IMG/VR virus record: IMGVR_UViG_3300012983_000046
Coordinates: 6,406 to 70,405 of that record
Strand: one strand, 5' to 3'
Length of the DNA: 64,000 bases
Source: a virus
Lineage: Duplodnaviria > Caudoviricetes
Both the position numbers and the translations under genes were made by a program. The notes under the pieces were generated by a model. It had not been told where the DNA came from. It ran no database searches and worked only from the letters and a program-made list of their open reading frames with translations. This document shows, one piece after another, positions 1-7,756 of this stretch. Within the stretch, counting starts at the first letter, position 1, and each line of letters begins with the position of its first letter.

Positions 1-2
1 GT

Positions 3-1001
3 ATTACAAAACAATGGGCAAAAGATAGAGGTGTTAATCTTTTCTATCTAAATGCAAAAAATGATGATTTAGGAGCTATCTTAAATGGTTTCCCTGTTGA
101 TACGGTAGAGACTGACGAAAATGGAAATCAAGTACATAAAGTTACCCGTTCATACTCTAAGTCTCTTGATGGCTTAGATAAACCTAAATCAGTGCTATTC
201 CTTGACGAATTTAATAGAGCGGCACCAAAGCTACGTGCAGTTCTTCTTTCACTTATTAATGAGCACGTAGTTGATGGTCCTGGTGATGACGGTTTTAGAC
301 ATTTTGATAATCTACTCTTTACAGTAGCTTGTATTAACCCATCAGTACCAACTGACCCTGGTGCAATGGATTTAAATGATGCAGAAATGTCTCGTTTTGT
401 AGACACTCTTGACTGGGACTCTAAGGTAATAGACGCAAGTAACTATATTAATTTCTATGTAAAAAAACAAATAAAGAATCTAGATCCTAATGATGAAAAT
501 TATAATTTCTTTTATGTTCGTTATTCTAAGATCTTAGCTTTGGCTAATGCTTTATTTAATGATTATAGATTTGAGTTTGACTCAAGAGATGACTTGCTCG
601 ACCTTTTTAATGATAAAGCAAAAATGCTAAATCAGCGTGCTATTACAGATGCATTAATGGCTCACGGTTATGATAAAAAGAAATTTTTAGCTTGGGTAGA
701 TAAGTATTCTAAGTTCTTAGAAAAAGACAGAAATATGATTCACGATATTTTAGATTCTTATACTGAGCCCGTTATTGTAGCTCCTGGTGCTAATGCAGAT
801 AACGGAGATTCAGATAATAATGAAACCGAGACATCTAACGCTGGTACAAGTGATGGTGATTTTGATTCAGTATTTGGCGCAGATGGAGAAGAGTCAGATT
901 CTGATTTATTTGGAGATACTACAAGTGATGCAGGTAAAGCTGCTAAGGTTTCAGCATCAGAAGCTATTAATCGTATAAAAAACTTTGATTTTTCGCTCTA
1001 A
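3..1001 (+). CDS. MoxR-type AAA+ ATPase, 5'-partial
   Basis: Frame is open from base 3 (ITKQWAKDRG...). Walker B LFLDEFNRA, sensor-I ACINP, Arg finger AEMSRF; acidic C-terminal tail. Walker A lies upstream of the window. Confidence 0.85.
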   Translation: MTKQWAKDRGVNLFYLNAKNDDLGAILNGFPVDTVETDENGNQVHKVTRSYSKSLDGLDKPKSVLFLDEFNRAAPKLRAVLLSLINEHVVDGPGDDGFRHFDNLLFTVACINPSVPTDPGAMDLNDAEMSRFVDTLDWDSKVIDASNYINFYVKKQIKNLDPNDENYNFFYVRYSKILALANALFNDYRFEFDSRDDLLDLFNDKAKMLNQRAITDALMAHGYDKKKFLAWVDKYSKFLEKDRNMIHDILDSYTEPVIVAPGANADNGDSDNNETETSNAGTSDGDFDSVFGADGEESDSDLFGDTTSDAGKAAKVSASEAINRIKNFDFSL

Positions 1002-1043
1002 TTTAATTAATAAATCAGTAAGAAAAAATGAAGGAGATTAGCT

Positions 1044-2201
1044 ATGTACATAAACAAAGCTTTGCTAGAATCTTCTGCTGTTACTAAACACTTTATGACT
1101 GACAGAGAGCGCCGTACAAAAAAAGCTCTCTGTCAGCTTTTAATAGATAGAGGACATAGAAAATATGCAGAACGTTTCTGGAAATTAGATTTTAACATTG
1201 TGGACTCTAAAACACACCCAGATTTTACTGCTGCAATTTCTTTTGATGAGGCTACAGTATATATAAGTGATGGCTTTTTAGGTAGTGGACAGGGTGTATT
1301 TAATCAGCTTGATGTTTTATTAAGACACGAATTAGCCCATAATTTAATGATGCACCAAGTCAGACTTATGTATGTATTTAAAAAACTACATGCACAAAAT
1401 CCTGATGAAGCTTATGAACATATAAGTTACAGTGCAAGTCTTCATGAACTTTTGAATTTCCTTGAAGACTTTGAAATTTCTAATAAAAGATATACACAAG
1501 CAGATAAAAAAATTGTTGCTACAATGCAACTAAATGGTCAAGTAATTAGTGGCTTAATCACAGAAGAGCATCGACAGGCTTGGGCAAATATGTCACTTGA
1601 GCAGATGTATGAAGAAATGTCCAAAGAGCTAATTCAAATTAACAGTGAAATTAGAAGTAATCCTGCTTGGGTGCCTACTAAAGATGGTACTCTTTATTCA
1701 GATATAGACGCTTTAAAAGCTCAGGGTGCAGGTTTAATTAAAAAATATAATGATGTAATGCGACCTTCCGGGATTAAATGTCCAATAGATATTTTTATGA
1801 AATCAAAAACTTTTAAAGATTTTGCACCAGTATTTAAGAAGTTAATTAAGACAGTTTATGATACTTTTAAAGACTTTACTTCTGACGAGGACCAAGAAAA
1901 AATGTCCGATTTAATTGCAGATGTAGCTAATACTGGACCTCAAAAAGAGTTTGATTTAATTAATCCGAATACTGGTGAAATTATTTGTACTTTATATACA
2001 CCAGAAGATAAATTACTTGCAACAGATATTTTAAAAAATCTTTGTGGTAATATAAATTATAATCCTAAAAAATTCAGTATAAAGAAAAAAACACATTCAA
2101 AAGAATATACTGATGCTTGGAATCAAGTAATAACAAAACTTGACAATAGCAAATATGATGATAATACTCTAAGTCAACTAATAGATGAATTAAGTAAATG
2201 A
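1044..2201 (+). CDS. Putative zinc metallopeptidase (DUF2201 N-terminal-like, MoxR/VWA associated)
   Basis: LLRHELAHNLMMH (HExxH) followed by FLEDFEIS; lies between MoxR ATPase and VWA gene. Confidence 0.7.
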   Translation: MYINKALLESSAVTKHFMTDRERRTKKALCQLLIDRGHRKYAERFWKLDFNIVDSKTHPDFTAAISFDEATVYISDGFLGSGQGVFNQLDVLLRHELAHNLMMHQVRLMYVFKKLHAQNPDEAYEHISYSASLHELLNFLEDFEISNKRYTQADKKIVATMQLNGQVISGLITEEHRQAWANMSLEQMYEEMSKELIQINSEIRSNPAWVPTKDGTLYSDIDALKAQGAGLIKKYNDVMRPSGIKCPIDIFMKSKTFKDFAPVFKKLIKTVYDTFKDFTSDEDQEKMSDLIADVANTGPQKEFDLINPNTGEIICTLYTPEDKLLATDILKNLCGNINYNPKKFSIKKKTHSKEYTDAWNQVITKLDNSKYDDNTLSQLIDELSK

Positions 2202-2215
2202 AAGGCGGCTAACTA

Positions 2216-3973
2216 ATGGATGCACAAGATATTTTAAAGTCTCTTGGTATAGACTTAACTAATCCAGAGGCTAAGCAGGGAGCTATTGAAGCCCTTCAGG
2301 CAATTTTAGCTTCAAGACAGCCGGCTGGAAACCTTGGAGGCATGGGTGGAGCTGGTGGCAGTGACGAAACTGAAACTGTAGAAATGGATCCTAATTTAAT
2401 ATTGCCTTCACAAAAAAATATACCTACGAATCAAGATGACTTGGATATTGAAATAGAAGATGAAGATGATGTTCTAAGTCAAATAAAACAAAATAATTCA
2501 GAAAGCTCTCAAGAAACTAATGACTCTGACTATGGTTCAGATTCAGGAACAAGCCCAGAAGAAGGCTCTGAAGAAGCTGCTGAAAGTGAAGCGACCGGTG
2601 AGGGTGAAGAAACTGATAATAGTTCTAGTGATCCTAACGAGGAAGCTGCTGACACCGAGACTACTGAAAGTGACGAAGACAGTGATACAAGCTCTGAAGC
2701 GGATACTTCAGCTGAGTCTGAAGATACTTCTGAAGATGATTCTGAAGAAGCTGATGCAACTGCAGACTCGGACGGTGAGTCAGGAGAAGAAACTACTGAT
2801 GAAGAAGCTGCTGACACTTTTGATGATGAATTTGATGATGATGAATTTGATGATGATGAATTTGATGATGACTTTGATGAAGATGAATTTGATGAAGATG
2901 AAAGTGATTTACTAGATACTGAACTACAAAAAGTTTATGATGATACAGATAAGCAGTCAAAATATGATGCTAGAAAAATTAAACGTGAACGTACTTTACA
3001 GGCAGCTAAAAAAGCGTTAGCAAATGCTCAGGCAAGAAATGTTTCAGCTTCTCTTATAAAAGAACTTGAGTCGGCTATTGCTGACCTTGAAAAATTACAA
3101 GAAGCGAAGGCTAAAACACTAAAAAATCTTTCAGACGATGAGTTTAACTTAATAATTAATCGTGTCTTTGATGCTATCGACGCAGTAGGGGATAAAGACC
3201 TTACATATATAACTGATGAGGAACGAGAGTTACGAGCTAAAGAAATTAATGATGATATTACAAGTGCAGATACCCAGCGAGAGCTCTCTGCAGAAGACGC
3301 TGCCCAAATACGAGCCGAAACTCAAGAAGTTAAGGCACGTGAAAAAGATAATGCACAGTATAAACAACGCTCAGCTAGTTCATTTAAAGGATTTCAAGAG
3401 TTTTTAAATAGTTTGTATCGTGCAATTGCTTTACAAGTACAAACAAATGAGATAAATAATGATACATGGTCTGCTATTAATCGACGTTATAGTGGCACCG
3501 GGGTTTTAAAACAAGGTCAGCGTAAAGAAGAGCTTCCAGATAAAAAAATTCCAGTAATAGACTTTTACTTTGATTGCTCTGCTTCATGGACTATGCATGA
3601 CATAAATATAGGTAAAAAGGCTGTTGAAGCTTTAGCAGATATGGAAGATAAGGGTCAAATAAAAATAAACATCTATTACTTTTCAAGTGACGTTTTTAAT
3701 GACTATCAATCTGCACGTGCTATGGGTAGTACTGATGGCTGGAATTCTATTGTGAAAAATGTTATTAAAACGCAGGCTACAAATGTTATTATTATGACTG
3801 ATGAAGATATGGAAAGCTGGTGGGAACCTATGGATCAGCCGCCTCTATCTTATACAGTTCCCGGCTATGTTTGGTACCTATGGCGCGATGGTGAAAATGC
3901 TCCTAGATTACCTCGTGACTTAAAAGGCCGTGGAGGAACACAACAGTTTTCATTTAGTGCTAGTGACCTTTAA
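2216..3973 (+). CDS. VWA-domain protein with long acidic low-complexity linker
   Basis: C-terminal IDFYFDCSASW (DxSxS MIDAS) and IIMTDEDM; D/E-rich central ~180 aa. Confidence 0.75.
   Translation: MDAQDILKSLGIDLTNPEAKQGAIEALQAILASRQPAGNLGGMGGAGGSDETETVEMDPNLILPSQKNIPTNQDDLDIEIEDEDDVLSQIKQNNSESSQETNDSDYGSDSGTSPEEGSEEAAESEATGEGEETDNSSSDPNEEAADTETTESDEDSDTSSEADTSAESEDTSEDDSEEADATADSDGESGEETTDEEAADTFDDEFDDDEFDDDEFDDDFDEDEFDEDESDLLDTELQKVYDDTDKQSKYDARKIKRERTLQAAKKALANAQARNVSASLIKELESAIADLEKLQEAKAKTLKNLSDDEFNLIINRVFDAIDAVGDKDLTYITDEERELRAKEINDDITSADTQRELSAEDAAQIRAETQEVKAREKDNAQYKQRSASSFKGFQEFLNSLYRAIALQVQTNEINNDTWSAINRRYSGTGVLKQGQRKEELPDKKIPVIDFYFDCSASWTMHDINIGKKAVEALADMEDKGQIKINIYYFSSDVFNDYQSARAMGSTDGWNSIVKNVIKTQATNVIIMTDEDMESWWEPMDQPPLSYTVPGYVWYLWRDGENAPRLPRDLKGRGGTQQFSFSASDL
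2819..2902 (+). repeat. Imperfect tandem repeat (12-15 bp units) encoding (FDD(D)E)n
   Basis: tttgatgatgaa-tttgatgatgatgaa-tttgatgatgatgaa-tttgatgatgac-tttgatgaagatgaa-tttgatgaagatgaa. Confidence 0.9.
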
Positions 3974-3980
3974 ATATTAT

Positions 3981-4018
3981 AAATGTCTTGATTATTTAAA
4001 TCAAGACATTTTATTTTT
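3981..4018 (+). terminator. Rho-independent terminator
   Basis: 13-bp stem aaatgtcttgatt/aatcaagacattt, 5-nt loop, T-tract. Confidence 0.8.
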
Positions 4019-4027
4019 GCTAAATTA
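4018..4027 (+). promoter_or_regulatory. Putative late promoter TGCTAAATTA (copy 1)
   Basis: Motif recurs 11 times intergenically ahead of RBS+gene. Confidence 0.7.
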
Positions 4028-4028
4028 T

Positions 4029-4080
4029 ATGATGACTGTGGCGGCGGACTTAGCCTTTCACCGCTGCTGCAGTTTATCAT
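4029..4080 (+). other. GC-rich RNA hairpin in the 5' leader
   Basis: atgatgactgtggcggcgg / ccgctgctgcagtttatcat pair with several G-U wobbles and one bulge around a 13-nt loop. Confidence 0.55.
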
Positions 4081-4116
4081 TTTAGACTTAAAAATTTCAT
4101 AAGGAGAATATTTTAA

Positions 4117-4872
4117 ATGGCTAATATGGAAGAGAAAAGAAAAAAATGTAAAAATAAAAAATTACCTTATGACTCAGTAACTTACACTACAGGTAATATT
4201 GATTTAAATATTAACCATTTTAATACAGCTATGGGAACAGATAATTCTATAGAAAATAGTAGTTCTGGTGGCCTTACTGAAGCTAAACGCTATGTGCGCA
4301 GATATTATATTCGACCTCAAAATATTTTCTGTTCAAATAAAGCTGAAATAGTTAAAGCTTTAATTGACATTGGTAATGCAAACTGCTCTGTTTATACTTT
4401 AAATAATTTGGGTGATGAAAAAGATGTTTCTAAATTAATGAATAATGATATTATTTATTATTATGATGATGGAATTCTTTATGACAAAAACAAAGTAAAA
4501 GTTATGGACTATGATTTGTCTATTAAAAAAGAAGAAAACCGTAAGCATTTTACAAATGTAGACAAGGCACCTAAAAAAGAATTTGAAACTGAATACGCAG
4601 ATCGTATGACTAGAGCAACAGAGCTTGAAGAAAATATAGATATTAATATGCTAGATGAAGCTTTTAACTTAGATTTTGAAGACTTTAATGTCTTTGGTGA
4701 AAGCCTTACAGAAAGCAAAGAAGAATTTTGCTGTATCTGTGGTGAACCTATAGAAGGTTATGGAAATAATCCAGAGCCATATACAAGCAGTAGCGATGGT
4801 AGTCGCTGTTGTGATGGTTGTAATTTAAAATTTGTAATTCCAGCACGAATAGAAGCAACAAAGGAGAACTGA
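4117..4872 (+). CDS. Hypothetical protein with C-terminal Cys4 zinc finger
   Basis: CCICGEPIEGYGNNPEPY...RCCDGCN motif; RBS aaggag. Confidence 0.75.
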   Translation: MANMEEKRKKCKNKKLPYDSVTYTTGNIDLNINHFNTAMGTDNSIENSSSGGLTEAKRYVRRYYIRPQNIFCSNKAEIVKALIDIGNANCSVYTLNNLGDEKDVSKLMNNDIIYYYDDGILYDKNKVKVMDYDLSIKKEENRKHFTNVDKAPKKEFETEYADRMTRATELEENIDINMLDEAFNLDFEDFNVFGESLTESKEEFCCICGEPIEGYGNNPEPYTSSSDGSRCCDGCNLKFVIPARIEATKEN

Positions 4873-4873
4873 T

Positions 4874-6301
4874 ATGGCAAATTTACCAAATTTTACAGTT
4901 GACCAGCTTCAACCAACTAAAGAAGAAATTGAAAAAATTTTAACAGCTAAAATTAGTTATGAAAATGCTCAAACTAAGCCCAACCGAGATACTTGGAACA
5001 AAGCCAATTTTGCAAGAACTCCTTGGGGAATTGCTTATACATTAAGTAAGAGTAAATATGAAAAATCTTTTGCAAATGCGAAAGCAAAGGGTTGGTCACT
5101 ACCTAAACAAAAAATAGATGAAGCATTAAGATATTTTATTATAGCTATTGCAGTTGACTGGCAAGAACTTATTGATCAATTAAAAAGAACATTAAAACTA
5201 TGGGGTTACACTTCTAAAGACCTAAAAGATATAGCTCAAAGAGCATGGCAACCTCCTAAATATTCTAATGATATTGCAGCTAAAATTGACCAAGCTCAAA
5301 ATGGTAATAACATTAAATTAATAGAAGCTATTGAGAAGCACGAAACTCTTAATAAAAAACTTTTTACTGAAGATGGTCTTTTAAAAGATAAAGTAAGAGA
5401 CAAGATGTTAGAGATTGTTGATGAATTTATTTCGGACTTAAAAGAACAAGAAATTAAAATCAAAGTTGATGACATCTTATTTATAGGTTCAAACGCTAGT
5501 TATAACTATACTAAAGATAGTGATATTGACCTACACATATTGGCAAATCTTAAATCTGTAGATTATCCTGCTGACTTAGGGGCAGCTTTATATAGTGCTT
5601 ATAGGAGCTTATTTAATAAACAGCTAGATATTAAAATTTATGATATTGACATAGAAATCTTTGTTGAGACTGAGGATAGTGCTAGAGTTAGTAATGGTAT
5701 TTATTCTGTCAAAAAGAACAAGTGGATTAAAAAACCTGTTCAAGAAGATATTCCAGAGTATGATAAAGAAGCTTTAAAAAAGCTAGTTGATAAATGGGAA
5801 GAGAAATGTAAAAAAGTTCTTGCTGATGCTAAAGCAGATAAATTGAAAGATGAAGATAAAGTTTTAAAATTAATAGAGGATATTTACGAGCAATTACGTA
5901 AAAAGGGTATTGCAAAAGGCGAATACGCATTAGAAAACCTAGCATTTAAAGAATTGCGCAATAAAGGTTATCTTGATGAACTAAAAGATTTTAAAAATGT
6001 ACTTGTTTCAAAACGCCTTTCTCTTACAGAAAAACTTACTAATCAAATGAGAGTTAATGCTTATAATCAAATAACTCAAATAGCAGGTTCTCAACCAATA
6101 ATTCAAGATAATGGTTCTTTCTTTATTTATAACCTAAAGGCTTCAGAAATAAATACTATTGTAAGAAAATTAGCTAGCTTGCCTATTGTAGCTGAAGTAA
6201 CGTCAAATGAAAGTGGTAAGTATGATTTTAGTAAAATGCCTATGACTCAGATGCCTTCTAAATATTATAATGTACGTGGCAAGCTAACTGATACATTTTA
6301 A
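4874..6301 (+). CDS. Pol-beta-superfamily nucleotidyltransferase
   Basis: ILFIGSNASYNYTKDSDIDLHI (hGS...DxD), third acidic residue candidate in DIEIFVE. Confidence 0.75.
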   Translation: MANLPNFTVDQLQPTKEEIEKILTAKISYENAQTKPNRDTWNKANFARTPWGIAYTLSKSKYEKSFANAKAKGWSLPKQKIDEALRYFIIAIAVDWQELIDQLKRTLKLWGYTSKDLKDIAQRAWQPPKYSNDIAAKIDQAQNGNNIKLIEAIEKHETLNKKLFTEDGLLKDKVRDKMLEIVDEFISDLKEQEIKIKVDDILFIGSNASYNYTKDSDIDLHILANLKSVDYPADLGAALYSAYRSLFNKQLDIKIYDIDIEIFVETEDSARVSNGIYSVKKNKWIKKPVQEDIPEYDKEALKKLVDKWEEKCKKVLADAKADKLKDEDKVLKLIEDIYEQLRKKGIAKGEYALENLAFKELRNKGYLDELKDFKNVLVSKRLSLTEKLTNQMRVNAYNQITQIAGSQPIIQDNGSFFIYNLKASEINTIVRKLASLPIVAEVTSNESGKYDFSKMPMTQMPSKYYNVRGKLTDTF

Positions 6302-6313
6302 TTTAAATTATTT

Positions 6314-6339
6314 TAAGTGCACAGATATCTGTGCACTTA
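6314..6339 (+). terminator. Perfect 26-bp palindrome/terminator
   Basis: taagtgcacagatatctgtgcactta followed by T-tract. Confidence 0.8.
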
Positions 6340-6358
6340 TTTTTATTATATAATTATT

Positions 6359-6368
6359 TGCTAAATTA
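6359..6368 (+). promoter_or_regulatory. Putative late promoter TGCTAAATTA (copy 2)
   Basis: Intergenic, after hairpin, upstream of SWIM gene. Confidence 0.7.
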
Positions 6369-6403
6369 TACAGTAATTCGATTTAGAAAGGATGTCAGCA
6401 CAT

Positions 6404-7363
6404 TTGAAGATTAGAACTTTACAAGAACAGTGTTTAGCTGAACTACTTAAACAAGAAGCTTCTCATAATCTTTTAGAAGCAACAAGAGTTTCGCTAATCT
6501 CTCAATCAAAAAATGTTGGCGCTTATAAAAATCAAGAACGAGGAAAAAATCGTTTTGAACGAAAAAAATATTCAAAGATAGCAAATGCAGTAAAAAATTA
6601 TAATGAAATAAATATGAATTTATTGTTCAAACAAGATATTTTACAAGTAAATATTCCAGTAGTGGGTGAGAGCGACGAGTACATAGTTACTGTTAAAATT
6701 GAAGGCGTTGTTGCAGAAATCCAAAAAAATATAAAAAACAATAATAACAAGCTGGAATTTAGAACTATTATTCAAGCGCTTACTAAAGTATTTAATTCAA
6801 CAGATGTCTATGTAAAATGTACGTGCCCAGACTTTAAATACAGATTTGCACACTGGAATATTATTAAAAATGTTTCAGTAGATGACACTACGAGTGATCC
6901 AGGTCCTGGTAAAGGTATTACAAATCCTAATGATGATAAGGGACGTGGATGTAAGCATATATTATTAGCTCTAGCTAATGGTGATTGGATGATGAAAGTT
7001 GCTAGTGTAATTATAAATTACTGTCATTTCTTGTCCGAGAAAAAGCCAGAAGCTTTTCTAAAACTAGTCTTCCCTAAACTTTACGGGGTGCCTGCAGATG
7101 AGGCAGAACAAAATGATATTGTCGCAGACAATGAAGACTTAGAGACTGGAAAAGACTTAATAGATATCATTAATGATTGGGCTAAAAATCGAGGTAAGTT
7201 CAAAAAAGGATCAAATATTAATCCTGTTTACGCAGATAAGCTTTCTGCTGAGCAGCAAAAAAAAGCTGAGGAAGCTGAAAAAACAGAGGAGACTGAAGAA
7301 GCTTCTGACAAGGTCAAAAAAGCTAATGAAGATAAAGAAAATCAAGAAGAAACGGAGACTTAA
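6404..7363 (+). CDS. SWIM zinc-finger protein
   Basis: YVKCTCPDF...RGCKHIL (CxC...CxH). ATG at 6392 overlaps the AAAGGA RBS, so in-frame TTG 6404 is preferred. Confidence 0.7.
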   Translation: MKIRTLQEQCLAELLKQEASHNLLEATRVSLISQSKNVGAYKNQERGKNRFERKKYSKIANAVKNYNEINMNLLFKQDILQVNIPVVGESDEYIVTVKIEGVVAEIQKNIKNNNNKLEFRTIIQALTKVFNSTDVYVKCTCPDFKYRFAHWNIIKNVSVDDTTSDPGPGKGITNPNDDKGRGCKHILLALANGDWMMKVASVIINYCHFLSEKKPEAFLKLVFPKLYGVPADEAEQNDIVADNEDLETGKDLIDIINDWAKNRGKFKKGSNINPVYADKLSAEQQKKAEEAEKTEETEEASDKVKKANEDKENQEETET

Positions 7364-7368
7364 GAATT

Positions 7369-7692
7369 ATGTCAAAACACTTTTCTGATGCCCTTTTTGA
7401 AGGCATTTGGGCATACCAAACTTGGACTCGCATTGGTCCACGTAATAAGCCAATTTATACTCTATCCTATGGTGACAATATTATTGCTAAGTATGATAAG
7501 AATGACTGGACTTTTTCACTCGGAGCTGAATGGGAAAGCCATATTGATAAATTACTTGAGTGGCTTAACCAATATTATCCTGGGTTCTTTACTAAAAAAG
7601 AATCTGCTACAAGCTGTTCTTATATTAGATTTTGTCCAACAAGAGAAGAAGCAATAACTTACATTAAAAGTAAGAACATTCCAATAGTGTAA
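7369..7692 (+). CDS. Hypothetical protein
   Basis: 107-aa ORF filling the gap between SWIM gene and terL; RBS ggag. Confidence 0.65.
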   Translation: MSKHFSDALFEGIWAYQTWTRIGPRNKPIYTLSYGDNIIAKYDKNDWTFSLGAEWESHIDKLLEWLNQYYPGFFTKKESATSCSYIRFCPTREEAITYIKSKNIPIV

Positions 7693-7724
7693 ATTGTTAA
7701 AATAGTACTTATTTTAAAATTATT

Positions 7725-7731
7725 GTATAAT
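7725..7731 (+). promoter_or_regulatory. Possible sigma70/SigA-type -10 box (GTATAAT) upstream of terL
   Basis: TATAAT ~25 nt upstream of start; no clear -35. Confidence 0.35.
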
Positions 7732-7756
7732 ATAAGGAGTAAAAGGAGATTTCGAA

